Shown here: positions 30,820 to 40,866 of the stretch, piece by piece
Layout of the letters: every line of letters starts with the position of its first letter
How positions within the stretch are numbered: position 1 is the first letter of the stretch
Source: a virus
Lineage: Duplodnaviria; Caudoviricetes
Length of the DNA stretch: 64,000 bases
IMG/VR virus record: IMGVR_UViG_3300028048_000102
Span: 1-64,000 of that record
Reading direction: 5' to 3' (one strand)
Notes under the pieces: model-generated
Databases searched by the model: none
What the model saw: only the letters and a program-made list of their open reading frames with translations
Told to the model about the DNA's origin: nothing
Position numbers and translations under genes: made by a program

Positions 30820-31272
30820 ATGAATGTAGAATATGAAATAAATAAAATTCTTGATGAGTTATCCATGATGAAACTTAGAATGGATGCTACTGATAAAACT
30901 ATTGCTAATATTCAAACTCCAGTTATTGCTGGAGATAAAGGAGAATATTTATATATAGATCATGATACATTTGCAATGACTAAAAATATTGTATCTGAAG
31001 CTTTAATCTTAAACAACTCTGATGAATTAAATAATATAACTGACGTAGTAAAAGGAACTATTATAGTTATAAATGAAGACCTTGGATTTAAATATCGTGA
31101 ATATATTGATAATGATGGAAAGAGAACTTATACTTATGATAAGTATATATTATCTGAATACCCTGAGATGTATAATAAATTTTATATAAATACTGCGAAT
31201 AAAGAACTTTGGTTCGTTGGTAAGGATACTAGATATTTAATAAGTGGAATATCTAAAATTATTAATATCTAA
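30820..31272 (+). CDS. Small member of the same modular family
   Basis: GDKGEYLYID and NKFYINTANKELWFV modules. Confidence 0.5.
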   Translation: MNVEYEINKILDELSMMKLRMDATDKTIANIQTPVIAGDKGEYLYIDHDTFAMTKNIVSEALILNNSDELNNITDVVKGTIIVINEDLGFKYREYIDNDGKRTYTYDKYILSEYPEMYNKFYINTANKELWFVGKDTRYLISGISKIINI

Positions 31273-31296
31273 TTAATGAAGGGAGTATAATATATC

Positions 31297-31851
31297 ATGG
31301 GATTTAATAAAGAAGATAAAGTAAGATGGGAAGAATTAGCACCATCTTTGCAAGAAATGTTTAATGGTATTTCTAATTCTATTACGAATTTAGATAATAA
31401 TATTAATATTACTGGAGATAATTCAGTTACAGATATATCTATATCAAATAATGGAACAGAACTTATTTTATATAAAGGCGATGGAACTGTTGAGACTATA
31501 TTAACTATAGATACTGAATTAAATGGTACAAGTACAAATCCTGTACAAAATAAAGCAATTTATGCAGCTATTCAAAGTCTTAGTGCTACTTTAAATGCTA
31601 TAAATTCTAGAATATCTACTTTGGATACTAATATTTCAACTCTGTCCTCATCATTAAATTCATTGACCTCTAGAGTTTCTTCATTAGAATCTAGAATGAA
31701 TTCAGTAGAATCTAGAGCTTCTACTTTGGAATCTAATGTAGCTTCTATAGCTGCTAGAACTTCCTCACTGGAAACTAAAGTAAATAGCAGTAGCGGAGGT
31801 AGTAGCAGTGGTGGTAGCTATGATAATACTCATGGTTGCCCAGGTAAATAA
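31297..31851 (+). CDS. Short coiled-coil fibre protein
   Basis: ELAPSLQ motif, STNPVQNK fibre repeat, heptad coiled coil, Gly/Ser linker, C-terminus HGCPGK. Confidence 0.6.
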   Translation: MGFNKEDKVRWEELAPSLQEMFNGISNSITNLDNNINITGDNSVTDISISNNGTELILYKGDGTVETILTIDTELNGTSTNPVQNKAIYAAIQSLSATLNAINSRISTLDTNISTLSSSLNSLTSRVSSLESRMNSVESRASTLESNVASIAARTSSLETKVNSSSGGSSSGGSYDNTHGCPGK

Positions 31852-31921
31852 TATAATGAAAAATAAAATTACTCATTCCTCCATATTTTATGGAGGAATG
31901 ATTTTTATTAATTAAAGGGGT

Positions 31922-33100
31922 ATGATTATGGTACTTGATGCACTATTTATAATGCTTGGAAAAGAATGTAATGGTAATTGTATTTATTGTGTTCAACATG
32001 ATAAAGAATCTACAGCTAGTGAAGAATACTATAAAGAATTACCTAAAGTAATGAAGAATGAATCAGACATAATAAATTTTATAGTTGATCAAGCTGAAGA
32101 TACTCATGAATCATTAGTAAGAAAGAATATTATAAATGTATATGGCTTACAAATAATGACTCTATATTTTATAGGTGGAGAGCCTTTATTATATTATGAT
32201 ACTATTAAGCATATGATTGAATTGATATCAGAAAAAACTAAGAATATACGATATTCAATTATAACTAATGGTATTCTAATGAATAGAGAAATGAGTAACT
32301 TTTTTAATATATATGATGTATTAGTTAAACTAAGTACTGATGGTAAATCATCTATAAAAACTAGATTGATAGATGTATTTGATAATAAGAGATGTAGAAA
32401 TGCTATATTGAATTGCAATAATCTAAAACTATCTGGAGTAATAACTCCATATTGCTATCCTTTAGAATTGGTAGAAAGTTTTGGAGAGATACATAAAGAA
32501 TATATGACTCGCCATTATAGTACTCCTTCATATAGTTTTTCTCATCTTGTATTTTCTAAAGGATGTAATAAATCATTATTAGAATTAGATTGGGAGCATT
32601 TTGAAAATGATATGTTCCATATTATTGATATATGTAATTCTACTGAAATAAATGATGAGACATATCCTATGTATTATATTTATAATACTTTTTGCAAATA
32701 TATTTCTGAGGGAATTAATACAAATAGAATCCCAATATATGGAGTATGCTATGAAGATTATAATACATTGCATATGGATTTAGATGGCAATCTATATGAA
32801 TGCCATAATAATACTAATCAACTATCTACAATTTATGAGTCATTAGATAATTTCATATCAGAATTATCTAAACTAGATAAAAGAAAGATGGATATTGATA
32901 ATAAATGTGAATCATGCATTGTAAAAAATCTATGTATTGGAATATGCAGACGTGGAGAAGATTATGAAATAAATTGTGAATATATGATTAAATTCTTCGC
33001 TGTATTACAGAATGCATTCTATAGAGGAATCGAAAAGTATAAAGAGCTTAAGAATTTTAATATAAATAAAGCATTAAACTATATTAATTTAAAGGGGTAA
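31922..33100 (+). CDS. Radical SAM/SPASM protein 1
   Basis: CNGNCIYC, GGEP, DGNLYEC, CESC-x5-CIGIC. Confidence 0.9.
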   Translation: MIMVLDALFIMLGKECNGNCIYCVQHDKESTASEEYYKELPKVMKNESDIINFIVDQAEDTHESLVRKNIINVYGLQIMTLYFIGGEPLLYYDTIKHMIELISEKTKNIRYSIITNGILMNREMSNFFNIYDVLVKLSTDGKSSIKTRLIDVFDNKRCRNAILNCNNLKLSGVITPYCYPLELVESFGEIHKEYMTRHYSTPSYSFSHLVFSKGCNKSLLELDWEHFENDMFHIIDICNSTEINDETYPMYYIYNTFCKYISEGINTNRIPIYGVCYEDYNTLHMDLDGNLYECHNNTNQLSTIYESLDNFISELSKLDKRKMDIDNKCESCIVKNLCIGICRRGEDYEINCEYMIKFFAVLQNAFYRGIEKYKELKNFNINKALNYINLKG

Positions 33101-33106
33101 AATAAT

Positions 33107-34120
33107 ATGAATTTAAAAGTTGAAGTTATTTTAGGCAAAGAGTGTAATTTAGATTGTAAGTATTGTAATAATAAGATTATGAAAGTTGGAACTTTATCAA
33201 AAGATGAAGATATTGATATATATGTTTTAGAATTTTTAAAAAGAGTTCCAAATCAGATAGCATTTTATGGTGGAGAACCTTTATTACATTGGGATAGAAT
33301 CGTTAGAATTATTGAATATACTGATTGTGATAGATTTAAGATAGTAACTAATGGATATTATTTAGATGAGGAAAAAGTAAATTTCTTAAATAAATATAAT
33401 GTAGATGTAGTTCTATCTTGGGATGGTCATCTATCTACTGCTAGAAATTATGATGTTATTAAAGATAATAAAAGTAATATATTGAAAATAGATAATCTAA
33501 TGATTACTTCTGTAATTACAACACAGAACTATCTTAAATCATTCTTAGATGAATTAGAAGATGTAGAGAAAGAATATTTTGATATTCATAATAAATACTT
33601 TGATATATATGCTGTTGTAGTAAATGAAAGTGATCAATTTGATATAAAAGATATCAAAGAATTATTTGAATTTGATCTTAATAGATTAAATAGAGAAGCT
33701 CAATATGTATGTGATCATTACAATGATAAAATATCATATAAAGTATTTATAAACACTTTGAAATTATTATACGATTTTGAAACTGTAAAGAATGTTCCTG
33801 GTTGCTTATATGGATATAATAGAATAGCTATAGATCTAAAAGGAAATTACTATGCATGCTTAGATCTTGACCTTAGTTATATCAATGATAAAAATATAAT
33901 CAATACTTCAGTTACTGATGCATTAAATCTAATAAATAAAGTTGATAAGTATCCTAGTAGATATGAAGATATGTGTAAAAAGTGTAATGTTATAGATATA
34001 TGTAAACATGGATGTTCATATTTATCTAAAGAACAATTAGAAACTACATATTGCCCACCTAGAAAAGCGTTATATACTCCTATAATAGAATTTTTAAATA
34101 AATTAGAAGATGAAGAATAG
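33107..34120 (+). CDS. Radical SAM/SPASM protein 2
   Basis: CNLDCKYC, GGEP, GNYYAC, CKKC-x5-CKHGC. Confidence 0.9.
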   Translation: MNLKVEVILGKECNLDCKYCNNKIMKVGTLSKDEDIDIYVLEFLKRVPNQIAFYGGEPLLHWDRIVRIIEYTDCDRFKIVTNGYYLDEEKVNFLNKYNVDVVLSWDGHLSTARNYDVIKDNKSNILKIDNLMITSVITTQNYLKSFLDELEDVEKEYFDIHNKYFDIYAVVVNESDQFDIKDIKELFEFDLNRLNREAQYVCDHYNDKISYKVFINTLKLLYDFETVKNVPGCLYGYNRIAIDLKGNYYACLDLDLSYINDKNIINTSVTDALNLINKVDKYPSRYEDMCKKCNVIDICKHGCSYLSKEQLETTYCPPRKALYTPIIEFLNKLEDEE

Positions 34121-34166
34121 TGTATAATTATACCCTAGACGAAATGTCTAGGGTATATTTTTCGAA

Positions 34167-34178
34167 AACATTTTAATA
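34167..34178 (+). promoter_or_regulatory. Putative late promoter AACA-N6-TA
   Basis: AACA-TTTTAA-TA upstream of rSAM 3; matches the AR9-type late consensus. Confidence 0.45.
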
Positions 34179-34207
34179 ATCAAGAAGAAAAATGAGGGGG
34201 ACTATGT

Positions 34208-35209
34208 ATGGATATAGAACTCGTTTTAGGTAAAGAGTGTAATTTAAATTGTGCTTATTGCCATAATAAAGAAATGCATATAGATAGTATAGATGCTGAT
34301 AATATTCCAATATCAACATTAGATTTTTTAAAGAGAGTTCCAACTAAGTTAACGTTTTATGGTGGAGAGCCTTTAATGTATTGGGATCATATACATAAAA
34401 TATTAACTGAGTATTATAATCCAAACTGTCATTATTATTTAATTACAAATGGATATTACTTGAATAAAGATATTGCTAAAGTACTAAATGAGTGCAATGT
34501 TACTGTTTATATTTCTTATGATTGTAATATAAGTTACAGAGGTTATGATGTAATTGAAGAGAATAAGTATAATATTATGTATCTAAATGATATGGCTATA
34601 ATGGGAACTACTAATTCTCAAGATTATTTTAAATCTTTACTTGATAAATTAAATAGATTGGAAGAAGAATATTTCTTTAGTCATAATAAGTATTTCAATA
34701 TTTATATTGATTTCATCAATAAGTTTGATGATACTAATAAAAATGTGAAATATAATGATATAGCTAACTATGATCTTAGTACATTAGAAGCAGAAGCTAA
34801 ATACATTTGTGATCATTATAATTCTTATACATCTTATAAGATGTTTTTAGATAGTCTAAAAGAAATGTATGATGATGAGATTATACCTAGCAGTCCATCT
34901 TGTAGATACGGCTATAATAAGACTGTAATAGATTTATTTGGCAATTATTATGCATGCTTAGATGATGACGATAATAATAATTGTAATATAATAAGCAACT
35001 CTGTTGATGATGCATTGAACTTATTAAAGAAAAAAGATAAATATAAAGATAGATATACTACTATATGTGCTGAATGTAATGTTAGAAAAATATGTAAGAA
35101 TGGATGTAGCTACTATACTAAAGAAGACTTAGAACAGTATTATTGCCCACCTAGAAAAGCATTTTATGCTCCTATAATAGAATTTTTTAAAAATAAATTA
35201 AAAGATTAA
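34208..35209 (+). CDS. Radical SAM/SPASM protein 3 (close paralog of protein 2)
   Basis: CNLNCAYC, GGEP, CAEC-x5-CKNGC; shares YCPPRKA with protein 2. Confidence 0.9.
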   Translation: MDIELVLGKECNLNCAYCHNKEMHIDSIDADNIPISTLDFLKRVPTKLTFYGGEPLMYWDHIHKILTEYYNPNCHYYLITNGYYLNKDIAKVLNECNVTVYISYDCNISYRGYDVIEENKYNIMYLNDMAIMGTTNSQDYFKSLLDKLNRLEEEYFFSHNKYFNIYIDFINKFDDTNKNVKYNDIANYDLSTLEAEAKYICDHYNSYTSYKMFLDSLKEMYDDEIIPSSPSCRYGYNKTVIDLFGNYYACLDDDDNNNCNIISNSVDDALNLLKKKDKYKDRYTTICAECNVRKICKNGCSYYTKEDLEQYYCPPRKAFYAPIIEFFKNKLKD

Positions 35210-35222
35210 GGAGGGATATAAG

Positions 35223-35618
35223 ATGGCTAGTACATCAATTAGAAATGTAATTCTGGAATTTAATGCAGAAGATAAAATTAGATGGCAAGAATTGGCACCA
35301 TCATTACAAGCTATGATTAATGGAATATCTAATTCTGTTAATTTAGTGAATAGTAATTTAGAAGATATAAGTGATAGAATATCTGCTTTAGAGAATAGAG
35401 TTTCAGTAATAGAATCTATAATCAATAGTGGTGGTGGAAGCAGTAGTGGTGGTGGAGGTGCTTATATACTTCCAACGGCTACTAATAATGTTTTAGGCGG
35501 AGTCAAAGTAGGAGAAGGTTTATCCATATCTCCAGAAGGTGTATTGAATATATCTGGTTCAGAATCTGGCGATACATATGATATTGCTGAAGATGGAATA
35601 GCTGATCAATTGATTTAA
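35223..35618 (+). CDS. Short fibre protein
   Basis: ELAPSLQ, coiled coil, Gly linker, YILPTAT..LGGVKVGEGL fibre repeat. Confidence 0.65.
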   Translation: MASTSIRNVILEFNAEDKIRWQELAPSLQAMINGISNSVNLVNSNLEDISDRISALENRVSVIESIINSGGGSSSGGGGAYILPTATNNVLGGVKVGEGLSISPEGVLNISGSESGDTYDIAEDGIADQLI

Positions 35619-35684
35619 TTATTTTTGGGTAATATTCCATTATTGGATATATTATTATAGATTAAAAGGAAGGAGAGATGCTAT

Positions 35685-36410
35685 ATGGCACTCACAGAAG
35701 CCCAACTTGCAAAAATTGCAAGAATTAAAGACTTGCAGACACTCGCTACAAAGGTTAAGACACTTTTTAACTCATCTGTAACAAGCGTTGATCTTGCTAA
35801 AGATACAACTGCCACTGAAGGGTATGCAGCAAGTTACACCTTGAGTGTTAACGGTACTCCTCTTAGTACCAAGATTAACATTCCTAAGGATTTCCTCGTA
35901 AAATCTGCTACTTTGGCAACTGTATCAACTGCTGATACTCCTTATACTGGAGCAGCAATTGGTGATAAGTACATTGATTTCGTTATCAATGCTAAGGACG
36001 CCTCTGATGGTACTGGTGCAGAGCACATTTATCTGCCTGTAAGTGATCTCGTAGATACTTATACTGCAGGTAACGGTCTTTCTTTGAGCAGCGGTGCATT
36101 TAGTGTAGCTATTGATAGTACTAATGCTAACGGTCTGTCCGTAAGTGCTAGTGGTCTGGCTTTGGCAACTGCTACTGCTTCTACTAGTGGTACTGGTGGT
36201 TCCAACGGTGCTATGTCCGCAACCGATAAAGAGAAGTTGAATGGTATTAGCACTCAGGCAACCAAGACAACTGTAACTACTGAAAAGGCTGGTACTATTG
36301 AAATCGATGGTGTATCTAAGGTTATTGTTGATATTGCTACAGATTCCGATGTTACTGCTATGATGGATGAAGTTTTCCCTTCTAGCTCAGGTGGCGGCAC
36401 TGGAGAATAA
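35685..36410 (+). CDS. Fibre-like virion protein
   Basis: Ala/Thr/Ser-rich; YTAGNGL and GAMSATDKEKLNGI fibre repeats. Confidence 0.65.
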   Translation: MALTEAQLAKIARIKDLQTLATKVKTLFNSSVTSVDLAKDTTATEGYAASYTLSVNGTPLSTKINIPKDFLVKSATLATVSTADTPYTGAAIGDKYIDFVINAKDASDGTGAEHIYLPVSDLVDTYTAGNGLSLSSGAFSVAIDSTNANGLSVSASGLALATATASTSGTGGSNGAMSATDKEKLNGISTQATKTTVTTEKAGTIEIDGVSKVIVDIATDSDVTAMMDEVFPSSSGGGTGE

Positions 36411-36489
36411 TAAGTTATAACCAAAAAAAAAACTGAAAGGGACTAAATAGTCCCTTTCTTTTTTTTTAGAAAGTAGTGGTGTAAATAAT

Positions 36490-37833
36490 ATGGCAAATAC
36501 GATCATTACGCTAGAACAACTAGAATATATTTTATTAGAATTAAAAGATTATATTGATAATAATGCAGGTACCACTATTGGCTGGGATTATGTGCTTAAT
36601 AAGCCAGTATCTTTCCCGCCATCAAGTCATACCCATGATGATAGATATTATACAGAGGATGAAGTAGATACTTTACTATCTGGCAAGTCTGATACTGGTC
36701 ATACACATAGTCAGTATTTAACTGAGCATGCTACTGTAGATGATGCTTTAAGTGCTACTAGTACTAACGCAGTACAAAATAAAGTAGTTCAAGCAGCATT
36801 GGCTGATAAGTCTGATACTGGCCATACTCATGATAATAGATATTACACAGAGAATGAAGTAGATACATTATTAGATGGTAAGTCTGATACTGGTCATACT
36901 CATAGTCAATATTTGACTGAACATGCTACTGTAGATTCAGCTTTAAGTTCTACTAGTACTAATGCTGTACAAAATAAAGTTATAAATACAGCATTAGCTG
37001 GAAAGGCAGCTAGTGATCATACTCATAGCCAGTATTTAACTGCTCATGCCCCTGTAGATTCAGCATTATCAAGTACTAGCACCAATGCTGTACAAAATAA
37101 AGTTATAAATTCAGCTCTAGCTGGCAAGTCTGATACTGGTCATACTCATAGTCAGTATTTAACTGAACATCAAGATATTTCTGGTAAAGCTAATACAAGT
37201 GGAACTTATCCTAGTTTAATATCTGGAGGAGTTAGAGATTATAACAATGGATCTACTATCACTTTTGGATATTCAACTGCTGGAATGACTTCTACATCAT
37301 GGTTAGCATCTTGGGATGGATATAGATTAAGAGCTATAGCACCCGCAAATGTTTCTGCTGGTTATGCATCTACGGCTGGTACTGCTAATTCAGCATATTA
37401 TGCTGACTATGCAGAGTTTTTCCCTCGTGGAGAAGAAACAGAAGTTGGAGATATTATTGCACTTGATGAATTTTCTGAAGATGAAAAGTATGTTAAAGCA
37501 ACTGAAAACTCTATATGTGTAATTGGAGTTCATTCAGAGGATTATGGTATAATTGTTGGTGGTGAAAACCCTAAAGATGATATAGTAACAAGAGATAATT
37601 ATTTTAAATATAATATTTCTAAATATATTCCTGTAAGTTTAGCAGGACGTGTTCCTGTTAAGTTTAAAGGTATATCTCATAAAGGTGTAAGAGTAGTACC
37701 TTCTGAAATACCTGGAGTTGGTAGAGCTTTTGATGCAACTAAAGATGATAGAGATTCTATTATAGGCTATCTTGTAGAATCTGATAATGGAGATAACGAA
37801 GAAATAAGATTACTTAAAATGAAAATAAAGTGA
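36490..37833 (+). CDS. Tail fibre with HxH repeats and C-terminal intramolecular chaperone (peptidase G2-like) domain
   Basis: KPVSFPPSSHTHDDRYYTE; repeated KSDTGHTHSQY/STSTNAVQNKV; ADYAE..GDII..IGV..PVSLAGRVPVK. Confidence 0.8.
   Translation: MANTIITLEQLEYILLELKDYIDNNAGTTIGWDYVLNKPVSFPPSSHTHDDRYYTEDEVDTLLSGKSDTGHTHSQYLTEHATVDDALSATSTNAVQNKVVQAALADKSDTGHTHDNRYYTENEVDTLLDGKSDTGHTHSQYLTEHATVDSALSSTSTNAVQNKVINTALAGKAASDHTHSQYLTAHAPVDSALSSTSTNAVQNKVINSALAGKSDTGHTHSQYLTEHQDISGKANTSGTYPSLISGGVRDYNNGSTITFGYSTAGMTSTSWLASWDGYRLRAIAPANVSAGYASTAGTANSAYYADYAEFFPRGEETEVGDIIALDEFSEDEKYVKATENSICVIGVHSEDYGIIVGGENPKDDIVTRDNYFKYNISKYIPVSLAGRVPVKFKGISHKGVRVVPSEIPGVGRAFDATKDDRDSIIGYLVESDNGDNEEIRLLKMKIK
36628..37170 (+). 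repeat. Intragenic fibre repeats (about 41-aa unit x3, plus HTHD(D/N)RYYTE x2)
   Basis: AAGTCTGATACTGG and GTACAAAATAAAGT recur at the DNA level. Confidence 0.8.
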
Positions 37834-37843
37834 GGTAATAATT

Positions 37844-38965
37844 GTGGGGAAATTTTTGAATTTAGGTTGTAATACATTGATGTTTATAATGGGGCAGGGA
37901 TGTAATCTTAGTTGTTCATACTGTTTAAAACATACTCTAATAAATGAGCAGTTACCTGTAAACGTATCTCCAGTAATTTTTGAATATTTGGATTTCTTAG
38001 CTGAAGAAGGTACTTGTCCAATTAATTGTAACTACTTTGGTGGAGAACCTCTTGTTTATTATGATGGCGTTAAATCTATTGTAGAGCATTGCAATCAAAT
38101 AGAACAAAGACTAGATAAAAAGATTTTTCACCACTCAATGATTTCAAATGGAAAGTCACTTAATGAAGAAATAGTAGAGTTTCTTAATAAAAATAACTTT
38201 GCTTATACTATAAGCTGGGATGGTAATAATAGTATAGAAACTAGAGGATATGATGTTATAGAAGACAAGTTTGATTTATTACTAAAAATAAATAATCTTG
38301 GAATATCATCTGTGATATCTTCTAAGTCGTATCCTCTAGATGTAGTAAATGCAATGCAGAAATTTGATGATGAATATTTTGCTAAGAACAATAGCCATGT
38401 TCGTTGTAATTTTGATGATATAATGGATACTGGTGTTGGAGTTGAAAATCAAGAACTATGCAAAATTGATCCTGAGAGATTTGAATCAGATATTCAAAAG
38501 ATTTTTGATATGTATGAAGAAGATGTATTAAGTAATCAGACTTTATTAAATAAATATCATGTTGCTATAAGATACTGTATGAATAATATTAACTCAATTA
38601 AACATTATCTAAAAGAAGGACCTAATAAAATTTCTAGATGTGGTCAAGGATTGGAAGTTTTAAATCTTGATATGTCTGGAAAAATTTATGATTGTCATAA
38701 CGTTACTACAGGTGAAATTGGGCATTTGCAGTATGATAGTATTCCATTTATTAGAAATATAATAGCTAGTGAATATAAAACTATGCATAGAATAAATACT
38801 ATTTGTAAAGATTGTCAAGCTATATCACTTTGTGGTGGTGGATGTAAATATGTAGAAGATGAAAGAATAGGCACTTCTTGCATGCAGAGTATTATCAAAT
38901 TCAATGTGATTTCAGATAGATTAATAAAGTTAGCAGAGAAAGTTGGTGAAGCAAGTGGCTGTTAA
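37844..38965 (+). CDS. Radical SAM/SPASM protein 4
   Basis: CNLSCSYC, FGGEP, GKIYDC, CKDC-x5-CGGGC. Confidence 0.9.
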   Translation: MGKFLNLGCNTLMFIMGQGCNLSCSYCLKHTLINEQLPVNVSPVIFEYLDFLAEEGTCPINCNYFGGEPLVYYDGVKSIVEHCNQIEQRLDKKIFHHSMISNGKSLNEEIVEFLNKNNFAYTISWDGNNSIETRGYDVIEDKFDLLLKINNLGISSVISSKSYPLDVVNAMQKFDDEYFAKNNSHVRCNFDDIMDTGVGVENQELCKIDPERFESDIQKIFDMYEEDVLSNQTLLNKYHVAIRYCMNNINSIKHYLKEGPNKISRCGQGLEVLNLDMSGKIYDCHNVTTGEIGHLQYDSIPFIRNIIASEYKTMHRINTICKDCQAISLCGGGCKYVEDERIGTSCMQSIIKFNVISDRLIKLAEKVGEASGC

Positions 38966-39308
38966 TGGTGCAATATCTAAAACAAGTTTTACTGACCAAA
39001 GTTCTTTAGCAGATAGTGTAACATCTGTTAAAGCTAAAACTGTTCATATAAATGAATTAAGAACTGCTGTTGATACTTTAACAAGTGCTAGTGCAAATGT
39101 GGATAATTGTGGTAATTGTACTTTTTGCCAAGGAAATCAAAGTAATCAAAATTGCCAAACAGATGGATGTGAAGGATGTCAAACTTCTTATAATCAATCT
39201 TGTGAAACTTGTCAAACCTGTCAAAATGCCACTTTAAATCAATCTAATCAAGCAAATCAAAGTAATCAAGGATATAATTATAATAGTTGTCAATCAAATC
39301 GTCGTTAA
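38955..39308 (+). CDS. Cys/Gln/Asn-rich repeat protein A (candidate rSAM substrate/precursor)
   Basis: GTG 38955 after GGTGA; Cys-free N-terminal region, then 10 Cys in (C/N)-(Q/E)-x repeats. Confidence 0.75.
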   Translation: MAVNGAISKTSFTDQSSLADSVTSVKAKTVHINELRTAVDTLTSASANVDNCGNCTFCQGNQSNQNCQTDGCEGCQTSYNQSCETCQTCQNATLNQSNQANQSNQGYNYNSCQSNRR

Positions 39309-39324
39309 GGTGAGGTGATATAGA

Positions 39325-39762
39325 ATGGCTTATACAGATACTATAACGACAGGTACTCAAGTTAAATTAGTACATGCTAAAGAATTAAAAGAGCAAATGG
39401 AAACACTTGCTACTAATGCAAGCGTATCAGTTTCTTTTACTGGATGGGGTACTTCAAAACCAACAAAAGTTAATATGGAGCTTTTACAAAATGCATGTAA
39501 TAAATTAGAAGACGAATTTTCTTATAATTGTTGTCAGAATGATTGTTGTCAAACAAATCAGTCAAATTGTAAAAATCAATCTGTATTAAATCAAACTAAT
39601 CAAACTTGTGAAACTGCTGCTTGTGAATCTTCAACTTGTCAAACTAATCAAAAAGATCAGGCATGTCAATCTTATACTAATCAAGGTAATTGCTCATCAT
39701 ATAATCAAAGTTGTCAAAATAATATGTCTTGCGGTGGCTGTGGCGGTTGCGGTGGTATGTAA
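39325..39762 (+). CDS. Cys/Gln/Asn-rich repeat protein B (candidate rSAM substrate/precursor)
   Basis: GAGGTG RBS; 15 Cys, CQT/NQS repeats, ends CGGCGGCGGM. Confidence 0.75.
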   Translation: MAYTDTITTGTQVKLVHAKELKEQMETLATNASVSVSFTGWGTSKPTKVNMELLQNACNKLEDEFSYNCCQNDCCQTNQSNCKNQSVLNQTNQTCETAACESSTCQTNQKDQACQSYTNQGNCSSYNQSCQNNMSCGGCGGCGGM

Positions 39763-39785
39763 TTGTAATTAAAGAGGTATAATAT

Positions 39786-40856
39786 ATGTTTAATTTTGGT
39801 AGTTATAGGCTTAAAATTATACTAGGTAGTGCTTGTAATTTACATTGTAAATATTGTGAGCAAAATAGTAATATATGTAAGTTACCAGAAGTTATATCTA
39901 GTAATTTATTACACTATTTGAAATGGATTAACGGGTTTAATGAAAGAACTAGAATTCAATTTTTTGGCGGAGAACCATTACTTTATTTAGATAAAATAAA
40001 ACAACTTGTACAGTTTATAGAGAAAGAAAATCTAAATAACTTTGCGTTAGATATACCAACTAATGGTAAATTACTTACAGAAGAAATCATTGATTATTGT
40101 AATAAACATAACATAGTTTTATGCTTATCTTGGGAAGGTAAAAATACTAAATTAGATAGAGGATATGATGTTATAGAAGATAAAAAAGACTTAATTTTTA
40201 AAATAAAAAATTTAGCTTTTTCGAGTGTATGGACAAAAAATTCTTTACCATTTGATGCTTTAAGTGATGTTCAAAATATTCTAAATGATTATAGAATACA
40301 AACTGGATTAAATTATAGAATAAATGCTAATTCATTATTTATGTGTGATTTATCTGGTAATAATTCTTTAAATATATATGATTTAAATATTTTAACGGAA
40401 CAATATAAGAAAATATTTAAAGTATATAAAGAATATATGAATAATCATTCTCAGGAATATTATGAAAATAATAGATTAATAATAGAATATGTACAATATT
40501 TAATTTCAACTATTCGAAAAGAATTACAAAATCCTACAAAAAATGCTTGGTGTGATTCTATTGTAGACACTTTAAATTTAGATTTAGATGGTAATATTTA
40601 TAAATGCCCTTTATTATTAAATGAGCCTATAGGTAATGTAATAACTGATTCAAATAGAGTATTATTACAAAACTATGCTTATTCTGAATTAAATATTATG
40701 AATCGTAGAGAGAATATGTGTAAAGATTGTGCAGCTCATGTTATATGCCGTGGTGGTTGTAAAGAAGTATCTAATAAAAATATTGAATCGAATTGTAAAT
40801 TATGGAAAGGTTTATTTGAAATAATTTATAATGAGATAATAAGTATAAGTTCATAG
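39786..40856 (+). CDS. Radical SAM/SPASM protein 5
   Basis: CNLHCKYC, FGGEP, DGNIYKC, CKDC-x5-CRGGC. Confidence 0.9.
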   Translation: MFNFGSYRLKIILGSACNLHCKYCEQNSNICKLPEVISSNLLHYLKWINGFNERTRIQFFGGEPLLYLDKIKQLVQFIEKENLNNFALDIPTNGKLLTEEIIDYCNKHNIVLCLSWEGKNTKLDRGYDVIEDKKDLIFKIKNLAFSSVWTKNSLPFDALSDVQNILNDYRIQTGLNYRINANSLFMCDLSGNNSLNIYDLNILTEQYKKIFKVYKEYMNNHSQEYYENNRLIIEYVQYLISTIRKELQNPTKNAWCDSIVDTLNLDLDGNIYKCPLLLNEPIGNVITDSNRVLLQNYAYSELNIMNRRENMCKDCAAHVICRGGCKEVSNKNIESNCKLWKGLFEIIYNEIISISS

Positions 40857-40866
40857 AGGTGTTTTA

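Noticed and set aside
32034-32056. KELPKVM in rSAM 1 as another LPKxF copy
   Set aside because: It lacks the conserved Phe and lies within the catalytic domain
36628-37170. Repeats in the fibre gene as a CRISPR array or DGR template
   Set aside because: They are in-frame coding repeats with synonymous variation; no unique spacers and no cas or reverse transcriptase gene in the window
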